Shown here: positions 28,015 to 38,266 of the stretch, one piece after another
Position numbering within the stretch: the first letter of the stretch is position 1
Layout of the letters: each line of letters starts with the position of its first letter
From: PVC group bacterium
GTDB taxonomy: Bacteria > Auribacterota > Erginobacteria > Erginobacterales > Erginobacteraceae
DNA length: 64,000 nt
Direction of reading: 5' to 3'
NCBI GenBank assembly: GCA_043804695.1
Contig: JAZDIV010000033.1
Span: 10,698 to 74,697 of the forward strand
Made by a program: the position numbers and the translations under genes
Notes under the pieces: generated by a model
The model's input: only the letters and a program-made list of their open reading frames with translations
The model's database searches: none
What the model was told of the DNA's origin: nothing

Positions 28015-31000
28015 TCAGGTCCGGTTCAAGCGGATCAGACGCCGCTCCTCCCGCCAGGAGTAGAGACAGGGGATGATGAACCAGGTGACCATTTCGATCA
28101 CCATCCCTCCCAGGGAAGGGATCGCCATCGGCCGCATCACTTCGCTCCCCGTGCCCCGGATGAACATGATCGGCAGCAGCGCGACGATGGTGGTGATGGT
28201 GGTGAGGAAGGCCGGGCGGATCCGGCCGAGGCCCGCGAAGACCGTTGCTTCGACCACGTCCCGGCGGGTCTTGATCTCGGCGGCCCGCTCCTTAAAGACG
28301 TTGTCCAGATAAGTGGTCATCAGCACCCCGTCATCCACCGCTATCCCGAACAGGGCGATGAAGCCCACCCAGACGGCCACCGAAAAATTATACCCGGAGA
28401 GGGCGAGGAGCCAGAGCCCCCCGGAGAGCGTCACGGGGATGGCGATGAATATGAACGCGCTCTTGGTCAGGCTGCGGAAGTTCATATAGATCAGGAGGAA
28501 ATTGAGGAGGAGGCTCACCGGCACGAGCACCTCGAGTTTCTTCCGGGCGCGGACCTGGTTCTCAAACTGCCCCGACCATTCCAGAAAATAGCCGGCCGGA
28601 AGCTTGACCTTCTCCCTCACCCGGGCCGCGGCCTCCTCGACGAAACCCACCATGTCCCGTCCCCGGACGTTCATCAGGACATAAGCCCTCAGTTGCCCGT
28701 TCTCGGAGTTGATCATCGCCGGCCCGGTGACGAAGTAGATGTCGGCCAGCTGCGTGATGGGGATCTGCTGGCCGCCGGGGGTCGGGACCAGCACGCGCTT
28801 GAGGTCTTCGATCGTCTCCCGGGACTCCCGCGGATAGCGGACCCGGACCGGGTAGCGCTCCCTTCCCTCGACGGTGAAGGTGATGTTCTGCCCCCCGATC
28901 CCCGTCTCGATCACCTCCTGGACGTCCTTCACCGTCAGACCGTAGCGCGCGATCTGGTCGCGCTTGATGCCGAACTCGAGGTAGGGTTTCCCCACGATCT
29001 TCTCCGCGTAAAGATCGGCGGCCCCCGGCACGTCCTGGACCACCGCCGCCACCTCCTCCGCGATCTGCTGGATCATCTTTAAGTCGGGGCCGAAGACCTT
29101 CACCCCGACCGACGTCCGGATCCCGGTGGAGAGCATGTCGATCCGGTTGACGATCGGCTGGGTCCAGATGTTGGTCACCCCGGGGATCTGGAGCGCCGCG
29201 TTCAGATCCCGGACGAGCTTTTCCTTGGTCATCCCCTTCCGCCAGAGCTTCTTCGGCTTGAGCGTGATGATCGTCTCGAACATCTCCACCGGCGCGGGGT
29301 CGGTGGGCGTCTCCGCCCGGCCGAGTTTTCCCACCACCATCTCGACCTCGGGGAACTCCCGGATGATACTGTCCTGGAGCCGGAGCACGCGGTGGGCCTC
29401 GGTCAGGGAAACCGCCGGTTGCATCACCGGCATGAACAGGATGCTCCCCTCGTCGAACGGAGGCATGAACTCCTTTCCCACCTTAAGCGATACGATCAGC
29501 GAGCCGATGAGCACCGCCGCCGGAAGGGCGAGGAATATCCGGCGGTGACCCAGCACCCAGCGGAGAATCCGCTCGTAGGTCCGGTGCAGCCGCCGGACCA
29601 GGGGGTTTTCCTCCGGGTCGCGGAGCTTCCCCCGCAGCCCGTAGAGGCAGAGGACGGGGGTGAAGGTCAGGGCGACGGTGAGGGAAGAGAGGAGGACGAG
29701 GGTCTTGGTCCAGGCGAGGGGGTGAAAGAGCTTCCCCTCCTGGGCCTGGAGGGCGAAGACGGGGATAAAGGAGACGACCGTGGTCAGAACCGCGGTCAGC
29801 AGCGCGCTTCCCACCTCCGAGGCCGCCTCGAAGACTACCTCCCGGCGGGTCACCGCTTTAATCCTGATCTCCTCCGCCCGCAGGCGGAGGCGGCGGTAGG
29901 CGTTCTCGGTCATGACGATCCCCATGTCCACCAGGGTGCCGATGGCGATGGCGATCCCGCTTAAGGACATGATGTTGGAGTCGATTCCGAGATAGTACAT
30001 GGCGATGAAGGCCATCAGGACGGAGAAGGGAAGGGTGAGGCAGATGGCCGCTCCCGCGAAGAGATGGGCCATGAAGGGAATAACCACCGCGAGAGTGACG
30101 AGCACCTCCAGAATGAGGGCTTCCCGCAGTGTCCCGACGGTACGCCCGATCAGCTCGGTCCGGTCGTAGAAGGCGACGATCTTCACCCCGGGAGGCAATC
30201 CGGCCTCGATCTCCGGGATCTTCGCCTTGACCCGATCGATGACTTTCCGGGCGTTCTCCCCGAAGCGCATCACCACCACCCCGCCCACCGCCTCCCGGCC
30301 GTCCTTGTCGAGCAGGCCCCGGCGGAACTCCGGGCCGAGACGGACCGTGGCGATGTTCTTGAGATAGATGGGGGTGCCGTCCTGATCGCCCACGGCGATG
30401 CTTTCGATGTCCTCAATCGAGGTGATGAACCCCCGGCCGCGGACGATGTATTCCACCGGCCCGGCCTCCACCACCTTGGCGCCGATGTCGATGTTCGACT
30501 TCCGCACCGCCTCGATGATGGCGCCGAGGGAGACCTTTTGGGCGAACATTTTCCCGGGATCGACGTCGATCTGGTACTGGCGGAGGAACCCCCCCACCGT
30601 GGCCACTTCCGAGACCCCTTCCACCGAGTTGAGCTGGAAGCGGATGAACCAGTCCTGGAGGCGGCGAAGCTCGTCCAGGCTCCGCCCCTCCCCTTCGACC
30701 GTGTACCAGAAGACCTGGCCGAGGCCCGTGGCGTCCGGGCCCAGGATCGGCGTCACTCCCTCCGGGAGCTGGGTGGAGGCGCCGTTGAGCCTCTCCAGCG
30801 CTCGCGACCGCGCCCAGTAGTAGTCAATCCGGTCGTCGAAGATGAGGTACACCTCGGAGAAACCGAAGGCTGAGCTGGCGCGGACGGTCTTGACCCCGGG
30901 GATGCCGCGCAGGGCGACGGAGAGCGGATAGGTGACCTGGTCCTCGACGTCCTGGGCGGAGCGCCCCGGCCAGTCGGTGTAGACCAGGACCTGCTTCTCC

Positions 31001-31128
31001 CCGATATCGGGGATGGCGTCCACGGGGACGCGGGAGATAGCCCACAAGCCCCAGAAGAAGATCGCCGCGTACGCCACCGCGACGACGAAAGGCGTTTTCA
31101 GGCAATAGGATATGAGGCGATTGATCAT
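28015..31128 (-). CDS. cusA: CusA/CzcA heavy-metal RND permease
   Basis: VDAIPD, EDQVTYP, LGPDATGLG, NIMSLSGIAIAIG, TDPAPVEMFET, RIDMLSTGI. Confidence 0.93.
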   Translation of the reverse strand: MINRLISYCLKTPFVVAVAYAAIFFWGLWAISRVPVDAIPDIGEKQVLVYTDWPGRSAQDVEDQVTYPLSVALRGIPGVKTVRASSAFGFSEVYLIFDDRIDYYWARSRALERLNGASTQLPEGVTPILGPDATGLGQVFWYTVEGEGRSLDELRRLQDWFIRFQLNSVEGVSEVATVGGFLRQYQIDVDPGKMFAQKVSLGAIIEAVRKSNIDIGAKVVEAGPVEYIVRGRGFITSIEDIESIAVGDQDGTPIYLKNIATVRLGPEFRRGLLDKDGREAVGGVVVMRFGENARKVIDRVKAKIPEIEAGLPPGVKIVAFYDRTELIGRTVGTLREALILEVLVTLAVVIPFMAHLFAGAAICLTLPFSVLMAFIAMYYLGIDSNIMSLSGIAIAIGTLVDMGIVMTENAYRRLRLRAEEIRIKAVTRREVVFEAASEVGSALLTAVLTTVVSFIPVFALQAQEGKLFHPLAWTKTLVLLSSLTVALTFTPVLCLYGLRGKLRDPEENPLVRRLHRTYERILRWVLGHRRIFLALPAAVLIGSLIVSLKVGKEFMPPFDEGSILFMPVMQPAVSLTEAHRVLRLQDSIIREFPEVEMVVGKLGRAETPTDPAPVEMFETIITLKPKKLWRKGMTKEKLVRDLNAALQIPGVTNIWTQPIVNRIDMLSTGIRTSVGVKVFGPDLKMIQQIAEEVAAVVQDVPGAADLYAEKIVGKPYLEFGIKRDQIARYGLTVKDVQEVIETGIGGQNITFTVEGRERYPVRVRYPRESRETIEDLKRVLVPTPGGQQIPITQLADIYFVTGPAMINSENGQLRAYVLMNVRGRDMVGFVEEAAARVREKVKLPAGYFLEWSGQFENQVRARKKLEVLVPVSLLLNFLLIYMNFRSLTKSAFIFIAIPVTLSGGLWLLALSGYNFSVAVWVGFIALFGIAVDDGVLMTTYLDNVFKERAAEIKTRRDVVEATVFAGLGRIRPAFLTTITTIVALLPIMFIRGTGSEVMRPMAIPSLGGMVIEMVTWFIIPCLYSWREERRLIRLNRT

Positions 31129-31154
31129 GGCTGATCCCAGGCCGGGCGTCTTAA

Positions 31155-31354
31155 CCCGGATTATTCACGAAAACTTCGTTTTCGCTCATAACCGCCTGTG
31201 AGAAAGCAGATTGCTTTCTCACAGGCTTCGACGCGGTGCTTCGCACCTTGCTCAGGGTTAACCCTGAGCGGAATCCTGAGCCAGTCGAAGGATGGAGTCG
31301 AAGCCCGGAGGGCGACTTGTTCAGGGAACCGTCAGGTTTCATGAATAAGTCGGG
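31155..31354. mobile_element. 200-bp MITE, family A termini, TTAA on both flanks, nested hairpins
   Basis: ttaa-CCCGGATTATTCACGAAA...TTTCATGAATAAGTCGGG-ttaa; the right TTAA contains the cusB stop. Confidence 0.75.
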
Positions 31355-32707
31355 TTAATGCCGGTGCTGGGTTTGGATTGGCCCGCTCTCCTCCTTCGGT
31401 GGCGCGGTTTCGGCATCGAACTCCACCGCCCCGCCCCAGAGAGCCGACATGCCCCCGGTCAGCTGGCTCTGGGAATCGATCAGGAAATTTCCCCGGGTGA
31501 CCACCCGCTCACCTTCGGCAAGCCCGGAGAGCACCGGGAAGAATCTCGTCCGGACGCCCTCCACGTCGGCGTAGGCCAGCGGACCGGCGACGATCTCCCT
31601 GCCCAGGTACTCGCCCTCCCGGTTACCCTGGATGTAAACGATCTTGCGGCGGCCGGTGTCCAGGACCGCCTCCTCCGGAACGGCCGGGACCATGTGCTCG
31701 CCCCGGGGAGAGAGGTACCTGCTTTCGATTTCGACGTCCACGTACATCTCCGGTTTGAGCTTGAGCCCGGGGTTCTCCACCCGGAGCCGCGCTTTGAAGG
31801 AACGGGTCCCCGGGTCGACCACGGGACTGAGGGAAACGACTTCCCCGGCGAAGCTTTCCCCGGGATAAGCAGGAGCGGTGACGTTCGCGGACTGGCCGGA
31901 CTTGACCCAGCCGATCTCGTATTCATAGATGCTGGCGTACACCCACATCTTTTCCCGGGGAAGCAGAAGGCTCTGGTCGGGGGAGCGTTCGTTGACCAGG
32001 CGGGCGATTTCCTCCTCGCTCAGGCCGAAAAGACGGAGCCGGGTCTTTCCCTTTTCCACCAGGTCCTTCGCCCGGGCGCGGACGTCCGGGTCCGTCCCCC
32101 CGGCGGCCGCCCCGTCCAGCGTTTGCAGGGAGGAAATGAACTCCTGCTCGGCCACCGAGAGTTCAGGGTCGTAGGCGACCACACCCGCCGCGCGGACGTT
32201 CTGGAAGAGATGCTGTTTTCCCACCGGCGCCAGCTCGATGCCCCCCAGTTCAACCTGTTGCGCCGTCAGCTTCACCCAGGAGAGGGCTTCCGGCTGCTTC
32301 AGATCCGCGGGGGCAATAAGCTTCAGCGGCTGGTGGCAGACCGGGCACTGCGAGAGCCCTTTCCCCTGGAAGGAAAAGGAATGGCCCCCGCAGACGCACC
32401 GGGCGTCGGGCTTCCCTTCGTCGCAGTGGGGGCAATGCCCTTCCGTCTTGACGCCGCAGCCGTATACGGCCTGCTCCTCCGCCGCCGGTTCGGCCGACTC
32501 CCGGTACACGGGAATCAGCTCCATGCCGCAGAGCGGGCACTTCCCGGGCCGATCCTGGCTGACCGAGGGGTGCATGGAACAGGTCCAGTGATCGACTTCC
32601 TGGACTGCCTCCGCCGCGTGCGACTCACTTCCCGTCTCCAGTTCTCCGCTCGCGGGCAGGAGCACCAGCAAAGCGCCCAGACACCCTGCCAATCTCAGTA
32701 TATTCAT
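31355..32707 (-). CDS. cusB: CusB-like RND membrane fusion protein with heavy-metal-binding domain
   Basis: WTCSMHP..GKCPLCGMEL; LKPEMY; GLAEGERVV..GNFLIDS. Confidence 0.9.
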   Translation of the reverse strand: MNILRLAGCLGALLVLLPASGELETGSESHAAEAVQEVDHWTCSMHPSVSQDRPGKCPLCGMELIPVYRESAEPAAEEQAVYGCGVKTEGHCPHCDEGKPDARCVCGGHSFSFQGKGLSQCPVCHQPLKLIAPADLKQPEALSWVKLTAQQVELGGIELAPVGKQHLFQNVRAAGVVAYDPELSVAEQEFISSLQTLDGAAAGGTDPDVRARAKDLVEKGKTRLRLFGLSEEEIARLVNERSPDQSLLLPREKMWVYASIYEYEIGWVKSGQSANVTAPAYPGESFAGEVVSLSPVVDPGTRSFKARLRVENPGLKLKPEMYVDVEIESRYLSPRGEHMVPAVPEEAVLDTGRRKIVYIQGNREGEYLGREIVAGPLAYADVEGVRTRFFPVLSGLAEGERVVTRGNFLIDSQSQLTGGMSALWGGAVEFDAETAPPKEESGPIQTQHRH

Positions 32708-34014
32708 TCCTTGTTCCCTCCCTCGACTGATTCCGGCTCTTCCCCGCCTTCCCCCCTCCCCCCGCCCTGGAACCGCCCCACCGCCATTTCCAGGTCGGCC
32801 CGGGCCACTTCCCCTTCCGTCAGGGCCGCGTAATACTCCTGTTTCAAGTCCAGCAATACCCCGATGCCGGTGAGAGGTTCTTCGACGTCTCCCCGGTTGA
32901 CCTCGTAGGCGGCCAGCGCCGAGCGATAGCTCGCCTCCGCCTGCGGCAGATAGGCGGTCCGGTACAGAAGGACGAGGCGGTTCAGGGCTTCGACCCGCGA
33001 GAAGGCTTCCCTCACCTCGAGGCTGACCCGGTTTTCACGTTCCTTCAACTCCGCCTCCATCGCCTTCAGCTCCGCGGCCATTTCCCGGACGTTGAAATTC
33101 TGCTTCTGCCAGAACCAGAGCGGCAGGGTGATTCCGATCATGCCCGCCCAGTCGGAAAGGTGTCCGTCCTTTTCCATGGCTTCATACCTGAGCGTGAAAT
33201 CGGGGAGGTACTCCTGCCGCGCCAGTTGATGAAGGCGCTGGGCCCTCTCGACCGCCAGGTGCAGCGCGCGGAGCTCCGGTCGGTTTTGCCGGGCAATGCG
33301 GTAGAGTTCGGGAAGTCTCATCACGGCCGGCGGATTTTCGCGCACCAACGGGCGGGCGAGTTCCGTTTCCGGATCCCGGTTGAGAAGCAGATTTAATTTC
33401 GCCCGCTGCGACTGCCGCTCGCCTTCCATCCGGATCAGCTCACCGTCGATCCGGGAGACCTCCAGCTGGATCCGGAGGACGTCCCGCTGCTTTCCCTTCC
33501 CCGCCGCGTAGCTTTCACTCGCCGACCCGAATATCTGCTCCAGAAGGCTCTTGCTCTCGCGGGCGATCTCGATCTTCTTCTCGATCAGCGCGAGATTGGC
33601 ATAGGCGGTCTTCACCCGGGCGATAACCTCGTTTTCCTTTTCCTGTAAGTCTTCATAGGCCATCTGGGCTTCCCGGACGGCGACCTGCCTTCTCATGATG
33701 AGCTTCGTGGGAAAGGGGATTTCCTGCGACACGCCGAAGACCCGCATCGGGCCGAGGTCGCCTTCCATCAGAGCTTCGCGGCTCAAGGTCATCTTGTCGT
33801 ACGTAAAATTAAAGCCCGGGTCGGAAAGGCTCAGGGCGGGCTCGATCCGGGCCCGGGCGGCCTCGTACCTCTGGCGGGCGGCCTCGATCCCGGGGTTGCT
33901 CGACCGCGCCTCCTCGATCAGGGTTTCGAGGTCGAGAACGCCCTCCCCCGGGGCGGCCGGCGGTCCCGGCCAAACCGAGGCGAAGATCAGAAAGATGACG
34001 GCGATTGTTTTCAC
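32704..34014 (-). CDS. TolC/CusC family outer-membrane efflux protein
   Basis: NPGIEAA, SQEIPFPTK, NRPEL, GITLPLW; GTG start. Confidence 0.9.
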   Translation of the reverse strand: MKTIAVIFLIFASVWPGPPAAPGEGVLDLETLIEEARSSNPGIEAARQRYEAARARIEPALSLSDPGFNFTYDKMTLSREALMEGDLGPMRVFGVSQEIPFPTKLIMRRQVAVREAQMAYEDLQEKENEVIARVKTAYANLALIEKKIEIARESKSLLEQIFGSASESYAAGKGKQRDVLRIQLEVSRIDGELIRMEGERQSQRAKLNLLLNRDPETELARPLVRENPPAVMRLPELYRIARQNRPELRALHLAVERAQRLHQLARQEYLPDFTLRYEAMEKDGHLSDWAGMIGITLPLWFWQKQNFNVREMAAELKAMEAELKERENRVSLEVREAFSRVEALNRLVLLYRTAYLPQAEASYRSALAAYEVNRGDVEEPLTGIGVLLDLKQEYYAALTEGEVARADLEMAVGRFQGGGRGEGGEEPESVEGGNKE

Positions 34015-34298
34015 AGCTTATGGAGCCTCCGGATCAAATCCATGATCTCCTCGGCTTTCTCCCGCTTCCCCCGCTCCGAGCGTCCCCGGAATGCGTCGCT
34101 GACGCAGTGCTCGAGATGGCGGGAGAGGATGTTCTCCGCCACCCGGTGGAGGGCGTTGATCACCGCGTGAACCTGAAAGATGATGTCCATGCAATACTTC
34201 TTCTCCTCGATCATCTTCTGCAAACCCCGGACCTGCCCCTCGATCCTCCTCAGGGAAATCTGCTCCTGCTCATGGGTTGCGGGTGGAAATTTTACCAT
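34011..34298 (-). CDS. csoR: CsoR/RcnR family metal-sensing repressor
   Basis: LRRIEGQVRGLQKM...YCMDI...HLEHCV (Cys-His-Cys fingerprint). Confidence 0.9.
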   Translation of the reverse strand: MVKFPPATHEQEQISLRRIEGQVRGLQKMIEEKKYCMDIIFQVHAVINALHRVAENILSRHLEHCVSDAFRGRSERGKREKAEEIMDLIRRLHKL

Positions 34299-34435
34299 CT
34301 GTCACCCCCGATGTTTAAAAGGAATTGTTCGTCATTCGACATTCGGCTTTCGATATTTTCTCGTTTTCAGCACTGTCAATTCCTACTCCGCTCGATGGAT
34401 GAACACGTTCACGCAGCTTTCTCCGCTTTCCGTTT

Positions 34436-34463
34436 AATATACCCTACCCCCCCATGGTGTCAA
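34436..34463 (-). promoter_or_regulatory. promoter with CsoR-type G/C-tract operator
   Basis: Minus strand TTGACA-ccatgggggggtaggg-TATATT; G-tract flanked by ACC/GGT arms. Confidence 0.7.
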
Positions 34464-34493
34464 CTCCGGGGAGTGATTTTTTTCGTACCGGGA

Positions 34494-34597
34494 AGCTCCC
34501 TCTGGGCGGTTCCGGGCGGCAGCCGGGTCTATTTCGGCGCCGCGGGAGACACGCCCGTGCCCGGGGACTACGCCGGGAACATCATCGATGACATCAC
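34494..34597 (+). pseudogene. orphan single FG-GAP-like repeat fragment
   Basis: Encodes SSLWAVPGGSRVYFGAAGDTPVPGDYAGNIIDDI without signal peptide or cargo. Confidence 0.65.
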
Positions 34598-34856
34598 TCG
34601 GTTCGATGGCGGAGCGAACCCTCATTTGGGGCGTGTTTTCGAATCTGACCGCCGGCGGTTGGGGCGCGAATTCCGGGGACAGGACTATTCCGCAATTCCG
34701 GCCCGGCGGCAGCTCAAAGACCGCCCGAAAAGTTTTCTTTTAACTTGTCCGGCGGGCAAGTTTGCATTCTTATAGCCGGCTGAACATTATGCTGGTATAG
34801 TTTCTCATGCAGGGAGTTCTTTAATCATAAATTTCAAAGGAGGTTGAGATATCGGG

Positions 34857-36635
34857 ATGAAAAAGCTGCTGGTAGCCGTCATCTTTTCCGTGATCCAGTT
34901 GGGTGCTGATGGAAAGGCCGAGGCCTGTTCGGATGTTTTCGTCAACCAGGGGAGCGAGAAAGTTTCAGGCCGGAACATCGACTGGCCGATCGGCAATGCC
35001 ATCCGGATGTCGCTGAATCCCCGGGGCGTGTACCAGACCGCCGTGCCCCTGCTGCCCGGAGATCAACCGGTAAGCTGGGTCTCCCGGTACGGGAGTATCA
35101 CGCTGGGATTGTATTTTATCGGCTCCTATATTCACCTGGACGGGATGAACGAGCACGGTTTGAGTGTGGGGATGCTGATGATGCTCGATGCGGTCTATCC
35201 GCCCCCCGATTCCCGGCCGTACCTGAACGATGACAGATGGCCGCAGTACTACCTCGACAACTGCCGGACCGTCGCCGAGGTGGTGGCCATTGCGCCCACA
35301 ATGAGAGTATTCTGCCTGGTGGGGGGACACCTGGTTTTACACGATGCCTCCGGCGACTCCGCCGTAATGGAGTATGTTAACGGCGAATTGAAAATATACC
35401 TACCCCCGGAATATAACGGCGTGCTGACCAACGATCCCGACTATGAAGAACAATTGGCCAATCTCGCCAATTATGCGGGGTTCGGAGGGGACCTCCCTCT
35501 GCCCGGCGGCGTTGAATCCGAGTCCCGCTTCGTGCGGGCCTCCTGGTACCTCCAGACGCTCCCCGTGCCGGAATCGCTCGAAGAGACGATCGGCTCGACC
35601 CTGGCCATCATGCAGAATGTAGCCAAACCTCTCTTCGACCGGGAGCAAAGTTGTACCCTGAGCACCAGCATTCGCGACCACACCGCTAAAAGGTATTACT
35701 GGCGCTCGTTCTGCCAGCCCAATCTCAGATACGTTGATCTGGATGCGGTGGACTTTTCGCCCGGCAACCCGGTAAGAGTGCTCGACCTCTATGCCGACCT
35801 GGTGGGCGATGTTGAAAGCTACTTCAAGCCTGATCCCTCGCAACTGGTTATCCCCCGGGGGGACTATGACGGGGACGGGACCTCGGATATCGCCGTCTTC
35901 CGGGCGTTATCCGGGATGTGGGCGGTCCGGGGGATAACCCGGGTTTACTTCGGTTCTCCGAAGGACCTGCCGGTGCCCGCAGATTATAGGGGTGACGGCA
36001 CCACGGACATCGCGGTTTATCGGGGCAATTCCGCCCTCTGGGCGATTAGAAACGTAACCCGGGATTACTTCGGAGGCCCGGCCGGCCGACCGGTCCCCGG
36101 AGATTACAATGGTGACGGCAGTTCCGACATCGCCGTCTTTCAGGATAGAATTGGCCTCTGGGCTATCAAAGGCATAACCAGGACCTATTTCGGAAGCAGG
36201 GGTGATTTGCCGGTTGCCGGGGACTATGACGGGGACGGGACGATCGATATCGGGGTTCTCCGGCGCCGGATCGGCAGTGACCAATGGATCATTAAGGATC
36301 TCAGCCGCTTCTATTTCGGGGACGGGATGGGGATAGCTGTGCCCGGAGATTACGACGGCGACGGAACCTGGGAAGCCGCCCGTTACGCTCCTCTTACCTA
36401 CGACTCCGCGCTCGGACGATGGGTAGTAAGGGGAATGAGCGATGTAATTTACGGCCTGGCTACCGATCTGCCGGTCCCGGCCGATTATGCCGGCGACGGC
36501 TCCGTCCGCCCGGCGATCTTCCGGGAGGATTCCGGCCTGTGGGCGGTCCGGGACCTGACCCGCTGCTACTTCGGCACCTGGTACGATCTGCCCTCCACCC
36601 GCCATAACTCACGGAAGCATGCTCGCCCCCGGTAA
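34857..36635 (+). CDS. secreted Ntn hydrolase (choloylglycine hydrolase / linear amide C-N hydrolase family) with 6 FG-GAP-like repeats
   Basis: AEA|CSD nucleophile Cys, GRNIDW, DGMNEHGL, LTNDP, SESRFVRA. Confidence 0.88.
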   Translation: MKKLLVAVIFSVIQLGADGKAEACSDVFVNQGSEKVSGRNIDWPIGNAIRMSLNPRGVYQTAVPLLPGDQPVSWVSRYGSITLGLYFIGSYIHLDGMNEHGLSVGMLMMLDAVYPPPDSRPYLNDDRWPQYYLDNCRTVAEVVAIAPTMRVFCLVGGHLVLHDASGDSAVMEYVNGELKIYLPPEYNGVLTNDPDYEEQLANLANYAGFGGDLPLPGGVESESRFVRASWYLQTLPVPESLEETIGSTLAIMQNVAKPLFDREQSCTLSTSIRDHTAKRYYWRSFCQPNLRYVDLDAVDFSPGNPVRVLDLYADLVGDVESYFKPDPSQLVIPRGDYDGDGTSDIAVFRALSGMWAVRGITRVYFGSPKDLPVPADYRGDGTTDIAVYRGNSALWAIRNVTRDYFGGPAGRPVPGDYNGDGSSDIAVFQDRIGLWAIKGITRTYFGSRGDLPVAGDYDGDGTIDIGVLRRRIGSDQWIIKDLSRFYFGDGMGIAVPGDYDGDGTWEAARYAPLTYDSALGRWVVRGMSDVIYGLATDLPVPADYAGDGSVRPAIFREDSGLWAVRDLTRCYFGTWYDLPSTRHNSRKHARPR

Positions 36636-36757
36636 GATCCGGGGTCAGGTCTGTCTTTCGGCTCTAGAGGCTCCAACGAGATACGGTGTTCCCCGCGGCA
36701 AATGTGGCAGGGGAATATCGGGAAATTGACCTTGAAAAAAGTTGTGCAGCTCGGGGA

Positions 36758-36793
36758 GTGAAAAAGCCGGCCTTTGTGGGCCGGCTTTTTCAC
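36758..36793. terminator. bidirectional terminator
   Basis: GTGAAAAAGCCGGCC-tttgtg-GGCCGGCTTTTTCAC between convergent genes. Confidence 0.8.
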
Positions 36794-37566
36794 TCCCTTC
36801 TCAGGTCGGTTATAGTAAAGCGGGTCTCCCCTATTTCACGCCGACCGAGACCCAGATCATAGTCGAGTGGGGGCGTCGAGCTTCCTCCCCGGACGACAAG
36901 ACCCGGCTGGCTGGTATCACCATATACATGAAGTTTTGCGCCGGGACTGGTGGTCCCGATACCGACGTTCCCGGTCCGCTGGAAGGTGACCCGGTAGGCA
37001 TCCTGAGTCTCATCGTAGAGGTAGAGCTTGTTGGCGGAACCATTGTAATAAATGCTCATGGCAATGGCGCCGCTCTCCCAGAATTCCACCAAGGAATTAG
37101 AGTTGACGCCGGATCCGTGAAGCGCCAGGGTGGCAGCATTGCCAGCGTCACCGGTATCCCAGACGTCCAGGTCGGAAGCGGAGGCAGTTGTCCCGATACC
37201 AACGGTGCCCGAATTGTAATAGATACCGCTTCCGCTCGGGAGCCAACGCCCGCCGTCACCCCCCAGGGAAATATCAGCGGAATTTCCGAAATAGGCCCGG
37301 GTCACGCCACGGACGGCCCATAAACCGGTGCCCGGCCGGTTGACGGCTATCTCGTCGGTTCCGTCGCCGTTGTAGTCCCCGGGAGCCGGGTTGTCTCCCG
37401 TACCGCCGAAGTAAGCCCGGGTCACGCCACGGACGGCCCACAGACCGACATTGGGCCGGAATATACTGATGTCGTCGGTCTCATCGCCGTTAAAGTCGGC
37501 GGCCGGGGAGACTAGTCCGCGACTCAAGCTGAACAATACGACCAAAATCATCGCCGATCTCTTCAT
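36790..37566 (-). CDS. secreted fibre-like protein with 2 N-terminal FG-GAP-like repeats and VGIGT repeats (possibly 3'-truncated)
   Basis: Same architecture as 3931-5196; GTVGIGT, GNVGIGTTSPGAKLHV. Confidence 0.7.
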   Translation of the reverse strand: MKRSAMILVVLFSLSRGLVSPAADFNGDETDDISIFRPNVGLWAVRGVTRAYFGGTGDNPAPGDYNGDGTDEIAVNRPGTGLWAVRGVTRAYFGNSADISLGGDGGRWLPSGSGIYYNSGTVGIGTTASASDLDVWDTGDAGNAATLALHGSGVNSNSLVEFWESGAIAMSIYYNGSANKLYLYDETQDAYRVTFQRTGNVGIGTTSPGAKLHVYGDTSQPGLVVRGGSSTPPLDYDLGLGRREIGETRFTITDLRRE

Positions 37567-37647
37567 CTCCTCTTCTCCTTGTTTATTTTCACTCGCTTGC
37601 TATGTGTAAAAAACAACCCGGTTGGACAGGAAGCCCACAAAGGAAAT

Positions 37648-37887
37648 TTATACCTTAATATAAAAGCATTCATCAAGGAAAAGCAAAAATCCTGCCAGCT
37701 TCCGGGCGATGCCGAGCGTCCCTGACATGCCGGGTATCCCCTGGGAGAAGCTCGAGGGATGCCAGGATATTTCCTGGATCGTTCCTTCGATGGTCATCGG
37801 ATCGATCGGTATCCTGGGGGCGGAAAAAGACGGGCTAACCAGGAGCACGGACAACATGGGCAGGGCGACGGAGAGGGCACGTTTCAT
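37648..37887 (-). pseudogene. short signal-peptide ORF, probably truncated
   Basis: RBS AAGGAGG and signal peptide; runs into AT-rich intergenic DNA. Confidence 0.35.
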
Positions 37888-37957
37888 GGCTTCCTCCTTT
37901 GTTCTCTTGTTTTCTGTCGGACGATGGGGGTGGAGTCCGGGTCTTCCCGCCCGGAGG

Positions 37958-38200
37958 TCACTCCTGCAGTTTGACCTCGTTCCCGGTGGCCAGGCTCCGG
38001 AGCCTGACGGCGCCCCCAGGGGTCCGGGTGGTGAAGAGGGGACCCTGCGGAGCGAAGGAATCGAACGATTCGCCCTCGATCCGCAGGAGCGTTTTCCCGG
38101 TGGCGCTCTCCCACAGTATCACCTCGCGCGGCGCATCGACGGTCTTTCCCAGCACCGATTCGATCGTGATGATTTTGCCGTCGGGAGAGAAGGCTGCAGC
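37958..38200 (-). pseudogene. WD40-like repeat fragment
   Basis: AAAFSPDGKII...[10 protein letters not shown]...[10 protein letters not shown]; no evident start. Confidence 0.5.
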
Positions 38201-38266
38201 CGACCCGGGGAGCGGACGGCCCTTTTCCGGGGCCGCATAAAGTGATATACTGTGCTGGGGTCATAC

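Noticed and set aside
31151..31358. Integron attC site (TAAC...GTTA ends at a stop codon)
   Set aside because: Symmetric TIRs with TTAA flanks, location inside a normal operon and no integrase favour a MITE
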